Part shown: positions 20,637-30,058 of the stretch, in pieces
How the letters are laid out: each line of letters begins with the position of its first letter
Numbering within the stretch: position 1 is the stretch's first letter
NCBI GenBank assembly: GCA_040768745.1
Contig: JAXGMI010000003.1
Location: 128,001-192,000, forward strand
Length of the DNA: 64,000 bases
Source: Desulfomicrobium sp.
GTDB lineage: Bacteria; Desulfobacterota; Desulfovibrionia; Desulfovibrionales; Desulfomicrobiaceae
Direction of reading: 5' to 3'
Made by a program: the position numbers and the translations under genes
The notes under the pieces: model-generated
Seen by the model: the letters and a program-made list of their open reading frames with translations, nothing else
Told to the model about the DNA's origin: nothing
The model's database searches: none

Positions 20637-20999
20637 CTATTCGCCACGGAGGCGCTCTTCTTCTTCCCTGCGGCTCTTGCATTCGATGCACAGGGTCGTC
20701 ACCGGGCGGGCTTTGAGGCGAGGAATGCCTATATCTTCCCCGCAATCCTCGCAGACCCCGAATGTACCATCGTCAATGCGATCCAGGGCCTCGTTGATCT
20801 TCTTGATGAGCTTGCGATCCCTGTCGCGCAGACGCAAGGTGAACGTCCGGTCCGACTCCGCGGAGGCCCTGTCGGCAGGGTCGGAATAATATTCAACATT
20901 TTCGGACATGTCTTCGATGGTCGCCTCACCCTGCCGCTGGATATCGTCAATCATCTGCGTCAAATATTCTCTGAAGAACTCAAGGTCTTTGGCTTCCAT
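20637..20999 (-). CDS. dksA: RNA polymerase-binding transcription factor DksA
   Basis: DPADRA coiled-coil tip, zinc finger CEDC..CIEC, RLKARP. Confidence 0.95.
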   Translation of the reverse strand: MEAKDLEFFREYLTQMIDDIQRQGEATIEDMSENVEYYSDPADRASAESDRTFTLRLRDRDRKLIKKINEALDRIDDGTFGVCEDCGEDIGIPRLKARPVTTLCIECKSRREEEERLRGE

Positions 21000-21148
21000 G
21001 ATGCTCCCTCCTGCGGACCAGTTGATACGGAGGAGTGTTACTATTCACTAGGAACCGAAAAGTAAAGGCTTTGCCCTTTTTTGGCATTTTGCCACGAACC
21101 GCGGTTATATACCAGCCTGAATCCTCAAAAAAAGGATGCATTTTTTCA

Positions 21149-21177
21149 TTGACACCCTGCGCGCCCCCTTATAAACA
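21149..21177 (+). promoter_or_regulatory. Putative sigma70 promoter of the tRNA operon
   Basis: TTGACA-17 bp-TAAACA with an A/T-rich upstream tract. Confidence 0.55.
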
Positions 21178-21191
21178 CGACTCCTCGTTGA

Positions 21192-21266
<75 letters not shown>

Positions 21267-21272
21267 CAACGA

Positions 21273-21347
<75 letters not shown>

Positions 21348-21351
21348 CAAC

Positions 21352-21427
<76 letters not shown>

Positions 21428-21434
21428 CAAACAA

Positions 21435-21465
21435 GAAAGGCCGGTTTCGCCGGCCTTTCCTTTTT
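21435..21465 (+). terminator. Intrinsic terminator of the tRNA operon
   Basis: GAAAGGCCGG-TTTCG-CCGGCCTTTC followed by a T run. Confidence 0.8.
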
Positions 21466-21536
21466 CCGTGACCCGGAACCGAACCCGGAACAGCATGGGC
21501 ATCCGTGTGGATGTCCACCTTCCCCCGTTCCGAACC

Positions 21537-23027
21537 TCATTTCCGTCCTCCGAAGACGGATCCGAGCACCCCCCGCAGGATCTGTCGTCCAATCTGGCTG
21601 CCGATGGTGCGCGCGGCGCTTTTCACCAATGCTTCGCCCAATCCCTGTCGGCGTGACGTCCCAGTCAGCCACTCGAATCCACTGCCCTTCTCAGGTTTAT
21701 CCCTCTTCCTGCTCACTTCCTCGGCTTGGGTCAAGGCAGCCGCAGCCCTGGCTTGCAGGCGTTCGAAGGCCGACTCGCGGTCCAGCATGTTGTCGTATCG
21801 GCCCTTGAGCGGCGATTTGTCCATGATGCGCGCCCGCTCAGGCTCATCCAAAACCCCGATCTGCGACTGCGGGGGCCGGACCAGAACCCTCTCCACAACG
21901 CGTGGACGACCTTTCTCGTCCAGGGTGGAGACCAGGGCCTCTCCAACGCCCAGCTCCGTGATGACCGTGCCCGTTTCGAATTTGGGATTGGGCCGGAATG
22001 TCTCAGCCACCATGCGCACTGCCTTCTGCTCCTTCGGTGTGTAGGCGCGGAGTGCGTGCTGCACCTTCAGCCCCAGCTGGGCCAGGATCTGATCGGGAAT
22101 GTCCACTGGACTCTGGGTTACAAAGTAGATGCCCACCCCCTTGGAACGGATCAGACGGACCACCTGCTCGATCTTGTCCACCAGGGCCTTGGGCGCGTTG
22201 TCGAAAAGGAGATGGGCCTCATCAAAAAAGAAGACCATCTTGGGTAAACTGAGGTCTCCCACTTCGGGCAGCTGCTCGAAAAGCTCGGCCAGGAGCCACA
22301 ACAGAAAGGTGGCGTATATCTTGGGAGAACGCGACATGAGGCTTGTGGCGTCCAGCAGGGAGATGACGCCGTTTCCGGAAAAATCCACGTGCATGAGGTC
22401 GGCGAGGGCCAGGGCCGGTTCCCCGAAAAATACATCCCCGCCCTGCTCTTCCAGGACCAGAAGCTGGCGTTGGATTGCACCCACGCTGGCCGGACTGATG
22501 TTCCCGAAGGAGGCACGCAGCTCGGTGGCGTTCTCGGACATGAATGCCAGCATGGACCGCAGATCTTTCAAATCCAGGAGCAGCAGGCCCTCTTCGTCGG
22601 CAATGCGGAAGCAGGCATAGAGGATGCCGCTTTGGGTTTCGTTCAGGTCAAGAAGCGACGAAAGCAGGAGGGGTCCCATCTCCGAAATGGTACTCCGCAA
22701 CGGGTGGCCGGTCTTGCCGAAAATATCCCAGAAAACCACCGGACACCCCTGGAAGGAAAAACCCTCCACCGGCATGGCCGCCAAGCGTTCCTCGACCTTC
22801 GGATGCGGCTTGCCGGGCGCGGCGATACCCGAAAGATCGCCCTTGATGTCGGCGGCAAAGACAGGAACGCCCATCCTTGAGAAACTTTCAGCCAGAACTT
22901 GCAGGGTCACGGTCTTGCCCGTGCCCGTGGCCCCTGTGACCAGCCCGTGCCTGTTGGCCATGGTCCCCAGTTGATAAATGCCAATCCCCGACGCCCCGCC
23001 GATCAAGAATCCAGTTTCTGTTCCCAT
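21537..23027 (-). CDS. HerA-like ATPase, DUF853/YjgR family
   Basis: ANRHGLVTGATGTGKT, FFFDEAHLLF, LIRSKGVGIYFVTQ, QHALRAYTP; C-terminal GRQILRGVLGS. Confidence 0.92.
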   Translation of the reverse strand: MGTETGFLIGGASGIGIYQLGTMANRHGLVTGATGTGKTVTLQVLAESFSRMGVPVFAADIKGDLSGIAAPGKPHPKVEERLAAMPVEGFSFQGCPVVFWDIFGKTGHPLRSTISEMGPLLLSSLLDLNETQSGILYACFRIADEEGLLLLDLKDLRSMLAFMSENATELRASFGNISPASVGAIQRQLLVLEEQGGDVFFGEPALALADLMHVDFSGNGVISLLDATSLMSRSPKIYATFLLWLLAELFEQLPEVGDLSLPKMVFFFDEAHLLFDNAPKALVDKIEQVVRLIRSKGVGIYFVTQSPVDIPDQILAQLGLKVQHALRAYTPKEQKAVRMVAETFRPNPKFETGTVITELGVGEALVSTLDEKGRPRVVERVLVRPPQSQIGVLDEPERARIMDKSPLKGRYDNMLDRESAFERLQARAAAALTQAEEVSRKRDKPEKGSGFEWLTGTSRRQGLGEALVKSAARTIGSQIGRQILRGVLGSVFGGRK

Positions 23028-23218
23028 TCCCTCACTCCCTTTCCGGTGTTCACGTGGCACTGTTCACGGCCCAGGCCCTACCAGAAACAACGCAAAAGAC
23101 AAAGACCATTGACTTACGCCTCAAGGCTCGTCACAACGGCTGTCGATGATTCGTTCCGGCACGATTTCCCCTCATAACGGCGCATAGCGGTACACCTCAG
23201 CCTTATCCAATCCATAAC

Positions 23219-24946
23219 ATGATCACCATCACCCCCTGCCCCAAAGGCTATGTAGCGGACCTGGATAAAACCTGCACTCCCGAGGAAACAGTGGCCAGGG
23301 CCAAGGCGGCCTTTGCCGCCTCGGACAAACGCATTCTGGCCCAGACCCGGCGCATCGATACTGGCCGCCTGGGCATCCCGGTGTTCATGTCCATCTGCGG
23401 AGAGGACGCGAGAGAGATCATGCCCACCCGCAAGCAGATGGGCAAAGGCGCCTCCCCGGCCCAGGCGGAAGCGTCCGCGCTGATGGAACTCGTCGAAAGG
23501 TTCAGCTTTTTCAGGTTCTGGAACATCGAGGACACGTTCCACCCCATGACCTGGTCCCGGGCCCAAGCCCTTTTCGGCGAACGTCTCCTCCCGGTCTCAT
23601 TTATGACCCAATCAGTTTCCGACCCTGTCAGCGAGGCCGAAGCGATTCGCATCCTCGACCTCGTGCCCTGGCGTTTCGCCCCGGTCACGGACATCAGCGC
23701 AAGCCGGGAATTTGTGGCTCCCCTGGACTGGTTCAAGAAACTCAATGAGTTCAATGGGTCCTCCGCAGGAAATACCCTGGAGGAATCCATGCTCCAGGGC
23801 GCCTGCGAGTTGATCGAACGTCATGTCTGCGCCGTGGTCGACCGCACCAGACCCGAGACCCCGAGCATCGATCCCACATCCTTTTCCGACCCGGTACTGA
23901 TCGAACTGTACAAAAAATTCACCGCCAACAGCCTCGACGTCTGGATCAAGGATTTCAGCCTGGATTTCCCGGTGCCCACAGTGGGCGCATTAGTCATGGA
24001 CCCTGCCACATTCCCCGACCGAAGCGAAATCGTCTTCACCGCGGGCACGGCCAGCTCTCCGGAAAAAGCCGCCATCCGGGCGCTGACGGAAGTGGCCCAG
24101 CTCGGCGGGGATTTCGAAACCTGCAGCAACTATGAGGCCTCGGGCCTGCCCAAGTTCACTCATCCCGGACAATTCTCGTGGCTTACGCGGGGTCCTGCAG
24201 TATCCATCCATTCGCTGCCATCTGGCAAGGATGCGGACATCGGCCAGGAACTCCTTGTCCTTTGCGCACGCCTGAAGGAGCAGGGATACACCTTCTTTTC
24301 GGTGGACACGACCGCACCAGAGCTGGGCGTTCCGTCCAACTACAATTTCGTGCCCGGATTCCTCTTCCGGGAGCGCACTCCCCAGGCATCCCTGGGGCTT
24401 TTCGTCGGCCGGATTCTGGCTGAGGACATGGACCCCGATGAGGCCTGGGCCGGTCTCGACGTCCTTGAAAGCATCCATCCTGAGGCCCATTACCTTCCCT
24501 TTTTCAGAGGAATTGTGTCCTTGCGCCAGGAAAACATCCACGACGCAGCGTCCTGGTTCGCCCTGGCCGAGGACCTGCAGCCCGACGCGGACGATCGCGG
24601 CATGGCTGCGTTCTATCAGGCCTACGCCCTTTCCCAGCAGGGACTGTGGGCCGAAGCCATTCCCCATCTGGACCGGGCCGTGACCTGCTGCCCGGACGTG
24701 AAAGAGTATTTCAACTTACGGGGCGTGGCCTATTTCAGGCAGAAGGAGTTTGCGCGTGCCGCCGCCAACTTCGAGCTGGCCTTGAATCTCGACAGCGGGT
24801 CGGCCATGGATCTGGCCAACCTGGGGCTGTGTCATAAGTTCCTGAACAACACGGACAAGGCTAGGGAACTTCTGGGTGAAGCCCTGCACCTCGATCCGAG
24901 CCTGGAATTTGCACGCACCCACCTGAACGAACTGGAAGTCCGATAA
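23219..24946 (+). CDS. YcaO-family enzyme fused to C-terminal TPR repeats (copy 2)
   Basis: DTGRLGIPV, QMGKG..ASALMELVERFS, NGSSAG..GACELIERH, AIRALTEVAQ; C-terminal TPRs (YFNLRGVAYF, LANLGLCH). Confidence 0.9.
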   Translation: MITITPCPKGYVADLDKTCTPEETVARAKAAFAASDKRILAQTRRIDTGRLGIPVFMSICGEDAREIMPTRKQMGKGASPAQAEASALMELVERFSFFRFWNIEDTFHPMTWSRAQALFGERLLPVSFMTQSVSDPVSEAEAIRILDLVPWRFAPVTDISASREFVAPLDWFKKLNEFNGSSAGNTLEESMLQGACELIERHVCAVVDRTRPETPSIDPTSFSDPVLIELYKKFTANSLDVWIKDFSLDFPVPTVGALVMDPATFPDRSEIVFTAGTASSPEKAAIRALTEVAQLGGDFETCSNYEASGLPKFTHPGQFSWLTRGPAVSIHSLPSGKDADIGQELLVLCARLKEQGYTFFSVDTTAPELGVPSNYNFVPGFLFRERTPQASLGLFVGRILAEDMDPDEAWAGLDVLESIHPEAHYLPFFRGIVSLRQENIHDAASWFALAEDLQPDADDRGMAAFYQAYALSQQGLWAEAIPHLDRAVTCCPDVKEYFNLRGVAYFRQKEFARAAANFELALNLDSGSAMDLANLGLCHKFLNNTDKARELLGEALHLDPSLEFARTHLNELEVR

Positions 24947-24956
24947 GGAGGACTTT

Positions 24957-25319
24957 ATGGACATCAGCAAGAAGATAGCGGAACTCAAGGCCGAACCCGG
25001 CTTCCGGGAGAACGTGGGTATGGTCCTGGTCCACAACGGGGTGGTCCGGGCTTGGTCCCGCAAGGACAAGGGCAAGGTCGGCCGGGTCAGGATCGAGGTC
25101 GACCAGGCCAAGGTCGAGGCCATCCGGAAGGAATTCGAGGCCCGGCCCGGCATCTTCCGGGTCGTGGCCGAAGCCAGAAGCGGCGAGTACGTGCCGGGCG
25201 ACGACCTGCTCTTCCTCATCGTGGCCGGCGACATCCGCGAAAACGTCAAGCCCGCCCTCGCCGACCTCCTGGACCGCATCAAGTCCGAGGCCGTGACCAA
25301 ACAGGAACTTTCGGAATAA
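24957..25319 (+). CDS. moaE: MoaE-family protein (molybdopterin synthase large subunit-like, divergent short form)
   Basis: GMVLVHNGVVR, PGDDLL..VAGDIR, DRIKSEAVTKQE; AGGAGG RBS overlapping the YcaO stop. Confidence 0.8.
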   Translation: MDISKKIAELKAEPGFRENVGMVLVHNGVVRAWSRKDKGKVGRVRIEVDQAKVEAIRKEFEARPGIFRVVAEARSGEYVPGDDLLFLIVAGDIRENVKPALADLLDRIKSEAVTKQELSE

Positions 25320-25334
25320 CCGGAGAAACGAACC

Positions 25335-26957
25335 ATGAAGCGTCATTCACTTCCCACCCTGCTCTGCACGATCCTCCTTGGCGCATCCCTTTTTCTGTCA
25401 CAGGCCGCCATGGCCGCCACGGACCTGCCAACCCCGACCGGCGGCACCAGCTTCGACTACGCCTGGCTCAAGGGCCGCGCCCGCCATCTGGCGGAACAGC
25501 CATACGTGAACCATGCCGGCGAAATCCCGGAATCCCTCAAGAACCTGAGCTGGGACGCCTACATGCAACTGGCCTTCAACTCGGAGCACGCCCTGTGGAA
25601 GAGCGACGCGTCCCTGTTCCGGGCCGAGCTGTTCCACCTCGGCCTCTTCTTCAAGACGCCCATCACCATCTATGAACTGCAGGGCGGGAAGGTCAAAGAG
25701 CTCGACTACACCCCCGACCTCTTCACCTACGGCAAGTCCGGAGTCAAAGGAAAGGACCTGCCCAAGAACCTCGGCTTCGCGGGCTTCCGCCTGCGTTACC
25801 ACACGGACTGGACCCGCGACCTGATCGCCTTCCTGGGCGCCAGCTACTTCCGCGCCGTGGGCGGCGAGATGCAGTACGGCATGTCGGCCCGCGGCCTGGC
25901 CGTGGACACTGCCCTGCCGCGCGACGAGGAGTTCCCGACCTTCACCCACTTCTGGCTGGAGAAGCCACGCCCGGGCAGCGACACGGCCACGGTCTACGCC
26001 CTGCTGGACTCGCCCAGCGTGACCGGCGCGTACCGCTTCGACATCCGCCCCGGCCAGACCCTGACCATGCGCGTCGACGCGGCCATCTACCCGCGCAAAC
26101 CCATCGAGCGTCTCGGCATCGCCCCCCTGACCAGCATGTTCATGGTCGGCGAGAACGACCGCCGCATGAACCATGACTGGCGGCCCGAGCTGCACGATTC
26201 CGACGGTCTGGCCATGCACAACGGCAACGGCGAGTGGATCTGGCGGCCCCTGAACAACCCGCCCTTCCTGCGCTTCAACGCCTACATGGACCACAACCCG
26301 CGCGGCTTCGGCCTCGTCCAGCGCGACCAGAACTTCAATCACTACCAGGATGACGGCGTGTTCTACGACAAGCGCCCGAGCGTGTGGATCGAACCCATCG
26401 GCCAGTGGGGCACCGGCTTCGTGCAGCTGGTCGAGATCGCCAACCTCGACGAGACCTTCGACAACATCGTGGCCTTCTGGAACCCGGCCGACCCCGTCCA
26501 GGCCGGCCAGGAGCTGCTCTACAGCTACAACATGTACTGGGGCACCAATCCTCCGTCCCAGACTAAACTGGGCAAGGTCGTGGACACCTTCACGGGCCTG
26601 GGAGGCGTGGTCGGCGTTGTCCGCAAGTACTACAGCCAGCGCTTCGCCGTGGACTTCTCCGGCGGCGACCTGGCCATGATCGGCAAGGGCACGGAGATCA
26701 AGCCGGTCCTGGAGACCTCGGCCGGCCGCATCGAGATCACCTCGGTCCGTCCCCAGCACGCCATAAACGGCTTCCGCTGCATGTTCGACGTCGTGCCGCC
26801 GGACGACACCCAGAACCCCATCAACCTGCGCCTCTACCTGGACGCCGACGGTCGCCCCCTGACGGAAACCTGGATCTACCAGTGGACGCCGCCGGCCGCG
26901 GGAGACCGCCATCTCTACAACCCGGGCCACCTGGAAAAGCAGCCGGGCGCCAACTAA
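25335..26957 (+). CDS. Periplasmic glucan biosynthesis protein OpgD/OpgG family
   Basis: Signal peptide; FLGASYFRAVG, QYGMSARGLAVDT, RPELHDSDGL, ETFDNIVAFW, TETWIYQW. Confidence 0.92.
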   Translation: MKRHSLPTLLCTILLGASLFLSQAAMAATDLPTPTGGTSFDYAWLKGRARHLAEQPYVNHAGEIPESLKNLSWDAYMQLAFNSEHALWKSDASLFRAELFHLGLFFKTPITIYELQGGKVKELDYTPDLFTYGKSGVKGKDLPKNLGFAGFRLRYHTDWTRDLIAFLGASYFRAVGGEMQYGMSARGLAVDTALPRDEEFPTFTHFWLEKPRPGSDTATVYALLDSPSVTGAYRFDIRPGQTLTMRVDAAIYPRKPIERLGIAPLTSMFMVGENDRRMNHDWRPELHDSDGLAMHNGNGEWIWRPLNNPPFLRFNAYMDHNPRGFGLVQRDQNFNHYQDDGVFYDKRPSVWIEPIGQWGTGFVQLVEIANLDETFDNIVAFWNPADPVQAGQELLYSYNMYWGTNPPSQTKLGKVVDTFTGLGGVVGVVRKYYSQRFAVDFSGGDLAMIGKGTEIKPVLETSAGRIEITSVRPQHAINGFRCMFDVVPPDDTQNPINLRLYLDADGRPLTETWIYQWTPPAAGDRHLYNPGHLEKQPGAN

Positions 26958-26963
26958 ACGCAC

Positions 26964-26993
26964 AAAAGGCAGGCCCGCAAGCCTGCCCTTTTT
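26964..26993. terminator. Probable bidirectional terminator between the Opg gene and the GT2 gene
   Basis: AAAA-GGCAGGC-loop-GCCTGCC-CTTTTT. Confidence 0.65.
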
Positions 26994-27034
26994 CTTTCCC
27001 GACCCCGAAGCCGGGACGACGGCCGCCCGAACCT

Positions 27035-27859
27035 TCAGCCCAGGAACGGTTCCGCCAGGGCCCGCACCCGCATGGCCTCCTCGTCCTTGCCGCGTTTGAT
27101 GCAGCCCTGGGCATAGAGACGGACCCGCTCCCCCAGGGACGCCACGGCCAGGGCCCGCTGCTCGGCGGTCAGATCCATGCTCCGCAGCAGGTCGACGACG
27201 GCGTAGACCCGGTACAGATCCAGGCCGATGATGCGCCGGGAGAGCTGGTCCGCGTGCCCGCCGGTCTTGACGACCAGGGCCTCGGGGACAAGGCCCACGG
27301 CGTGGCGGACCGCGACCCGCAGCCACAGGCTGTAGTCCTCGCAGGCAGGCAGTCGCTCGTCGAACGGCCCCAACTCGTCCCAAAGATTGCGGGAAAACAT
27401 GACGCAGGACGGGCTGATCAGACAGAGTTCCAGGGACTTCTCCAGAAACCAGCCGGCGGGCTTGGCGTGCTTGAAGCGCGGGTTGACCCGCACGCCGTCG
27501 CGGATCCAGGTCTCGTCGGTCTGGCAGATCTGCAGGCCGCTTTCGGCCAGGAAGCGGACCTGCCGCTCAAGCTTCTCCGGCAGCCAGTAGTCGTCGGAAT
27601 CCAGGAGCGCGATATAGCGGCCCCGGCTGGCGGCGATGCCCAGGTTGCGGGCGGAGCTGACCCCTTTATTTTCCTGACGCATTCCCGTAAGCCGGGGATC
27701 GTCGAAGCCGGCCAGGACCTGCGCGGTATGGTCGGTGGAGCCGTCGTCGACAACGATGAGCTCCAGGTCGGCCCATGTCTGCGCCAGCACCGAGGCCACT
27801 GCCCGACCCAGAACGCCCGCCCGGTTGTGGGCGGGAATGATCACGGAAACACATGTCAT
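27035..27859 (-). CDS. Glycosyltransferase family 2
   Basis: VSVIIPAHNR, IVVDDGSTD, GVSSARNLG, LLDSDD, CEDY. Confidence 0.92.
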   Translation of the reverse strand: MTCVSVIIPAHNRAGVLGRAVASVLAQTWADLELIVVDDGSTDHTAQVLAGFDDPRLTGMRQENKGVSSARNLGIAASRGRYIALLDSDDYWLPEKLERQVRFLAESGLQICQTDETWIRDGVRVNPRFKHAKPAGWFLEKSLELCLISPSCVMFSRNLWDELGPFDERLPACEDYSLWLRVAVRHAVGLVPEALVVKTGGHADQLSRRIIGLDLYRVYAVVDLLRSMDLTAEQRALAVASLGERVRLYAQGCIKRGKDEEAMRVRALAEPFLG

Positions 27860-28958
27860 GAGATGCATCCAGGTCGTCAATGTGCGGTGGTTCAACGCCA
27901 CCGCGTGGTACGCCATGTTCCTGAGCCGCCTGTTAATCGGAGCAGGCCACCACGTGCTCGTCCTCGGCCTGCCGGGCACCCTCTCGGCCAAAAAGGGCGG
28001 AGAGTGGGGACTGCCCATGCGGCTCATGGGCCTGAACACGTCCACGCCCTGGGGCATAGCCGCGCTCTACGCCGAACTCAAGAAGCTGGTACGGGAGTTC
28101 AGGCCCGACGTGGTCAACTGCCACCGGGGTGAGGCGTTTCTGCTGTGGGGACTGCTGCGCAAGGAACTGGGTACCTTCGGGCTGGTCCGCACCCGCGGGG
28201 ATCAGCGCCTGCCCAAGGCCAACCCCGTCAACCGCTGGCTGCACAACCAGGCCAGCGACGCGATCATCACCACCAACTCGCCCATGACCCGGCATTTCCG
28301 CAACGTCTTCGGCGTGCCCGAACACAGGCTGCACGAGATCCTGGGCGGTGTGGACACGTCCGTGTTCCACCCGGACGCAGCGGCCCGCGCGCGCGTCAGG
28401 GCCGAACTGGGCTATGCGGACACGGATTTCGTGGTCGGGCTGCTGGGCCGCTTCGATCGGGTCAAGGGTCAGCGTGAGCTGATTGAGGCCGTCAGCCGCC
28501 TGCGTCTCGCCGGGGCGGCCAGGCTGCGTCTCCTGCTGCTGGGCTTCGATTCGGCCACGCCCGAAGCCACGGTGCGCGGCTGGATCGCCGAGCACGGCAT
28601 CGAGGACATCTCCGGCATCACCGGCAAGCGGCCGGATATCGCCGCCTGCCTGAACGCCCTGGATCTGGGCGTGGTGGCGTCGCTGTGGTCCGAGACCATC
28701 GCCCGGGCGGCCCTGGAGATCATGGCCACGGGCGTGCCCCTGATCGGCACGGACGTGGGTGTCATGCCCGACCTGCTCGAACCCGCGGCTCTCTTCCCGG
28801 CCGGGGACGTGCAGGCCATGGCCCTGCGCATCCGCGAGGCCATGACGGATCCCGGTCTCGTGCGGACCCTGCGCGAGGGCCAGCACCGCCGCATGGCCGA
28901 CCTCTCGGAGCGGGACTTCCTGGCCCGCACCCTGGCCGTGTACGAGGATCTGCGATGA
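27858..28958 (+). CDS. Glycosyltransferase family 4
   Basis: GRFDRVKG, SETIARAALEIMATGVPLIGTDVG (E-x7-E motif). Start at MRCIQ. Confidence 0.88.
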   Translation: MRCIQVVNVRWFNATAWYAMFLSRLLIGAGHHVLVLGLPGTLSAKKGGEWGLPMRLMGLNTSTPWGIAALYAELKKLVREFRPDVVNCHRGEAFLLWGLLRKELGTFGLVRTRGDQRLPKANPVNRWLHNQASDAIITTNSPMTRHFRNVFGVPEHRLHEILGGVDTSVFHPDAAARARVRAELGYADTDFVVGLLGRFDRVKGQRELIEAVSRLRLAGAARLRLLLLGFDSATPEATVRGWIAEHGIEDISGITGKRPDIAACLNALDLGVVASLWSETIARAALEIMATGVPLIGTDVGVMPDLLEPAALFPAGDVQAMALRIREAMTDPGLVRTLREGQHRRMADLSERDFLARTLAVYEDLR

Positions 28959-30058
28959 AGCGCGTCGCCCTGATGCTCCCGAATCTGAGCCGTTACGGTG
29001 GAGCCGAGCAGTTTGGCCATCGCCTGGCCGGATACCTGGCCGCGTGCGGCGATTTCGAGGTGAGCTTCGTCTGCGCGAGGCAGGACGGAGAGGCCCCCGA
29101 GGGCGTACGCGTCATCCGTGTAGGCCGGCCCGTACCGGGCAAGCTCGGCAAGACCCTGTGGTTCGCCCTGGCCGCCGAGTCCGTGCGCCGCAGGGAGAAG
29201 TTCGACGTGACCGTCGGGCTGGGAAACACCGTATCCCAGGATATCGCTCGCCTTTCGGGCGGTCCCACGAAACTCTTCTGGGACCACTCCATCCGGGCCT
29301 ACGATGCGGGCCTGCCGCGAACCCTCAAGTCCATCTCCCGCCGCCTCTCTCCGGGCAAGCAGCTGGCGCGGCTCATCGAGGGAATGCAGGCTCGCCGCAC
29401 GCCGCTGCTGGTGGCCAACTCCCACTTCGTGCGCGACCTGACCGTCAAGGCCTTCCCCTTCCTGAAGGCCGGTGACATCCCCGTCATCTACAACCAGCCC
29501 GATCTCGGCCGCTTCCGTCCCGGACAGAGCGCGGACAAATCCGCCCTCCGCGAGCGCTTCGGCCTCCCGGTCCACTGCGACCTCATCCTTACTGCGGGCA
29601 CCAATTTCCGTCTCAAGGGCGTGCACATCCTCATCCGCGCCCTGGCCCAGCTGCCCGCTTCCGTCCACCTGGCCGTGGCCGGCGGGCGGGGGAGTTCCGA
29701 AATGCTCGCCCTGGCGGATGGCCTGGGGGTGCGGGACAGGGTCCGCTTCCTGGGGCGGGTGGACGACATGCCCTCCCTGTACCGGGCCGGAGACATCTTC
29801 GTGCTGAACACCTTCTACGACGCCTGCGCCAACGCCGTGCTCGAAGCCCTGGCCTGCGGCCTGCCCGTCGTCTCCACGGCCTGCAACGGCAGTTCGGCCT
29901 TCCTGCGACCGGAGGCGGTGTTGCCCGATCCGGCCGACCACGCCCGGCTCGCCCAGGGCATCGCGGCCCTCGTCCACAGTGGCCCCACGGCCAGAACCGA
30001 TTTCAACCCGCCCTGCGGCCTCGGGCCCTATGCGGATCTCATCCGGAACCTTGCATGA
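28955..30058 (+). CDS. Glycosyltransferase family 4 (WaaG-like)
   Basis: YGGAEQF, NFRLKG, YDACANAVLEALACGLPVV; ATGA overlap with the previous gene. Confidence 0.88.
   Translation: MKRVALMLPNLSRYGGAEQFGHRLAGYLAACGDFEVSFVCARQDGEAPEGVRVIRVGRPVPGKLGKTLWFALAAESVRRREKFDVTVGLGNTVSQDIARLSGGPTKLFWDHSIRAYDAGLPRTLKSISRRLSPGKQLARLIEGMQARRTPLLVANSHFVRDLTVKAFPFLKAGDIPVIYNQPDLGRFRPGQSADKSALRERFGLPVHCDLILTAGTNFRLKGVHILIRALAQLPASVHLAVAGGRGSSEMLALADGLGVRDRVRFLGRVDDMPSLYRAGDIFVLNTFYDACANAVLEALACGLPVVSTACNGSSAFLRPEAVLPDPADHARLAQGIAALVHSGPTARTDFNPPCGLGPYADLIRNLA

Noticed and set aside
21537..23027. HerA-like ATPase as an anti-phage (Sir2/NurA-HerA) system
   Set aside because: Its motifs match the widespread stand-alone DUF853/YjgR family, and no nuclease or sirtuin partner is adjacent.
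23028..23218. RiPP precursor peptide upstream of YcaO-TPR; TGTTCACG direct repeat (23047, 23061)
   Set aside because: No short ORF with an RBS and a precursor-like core was found, and the 8-bp repeat is too short to support a call.
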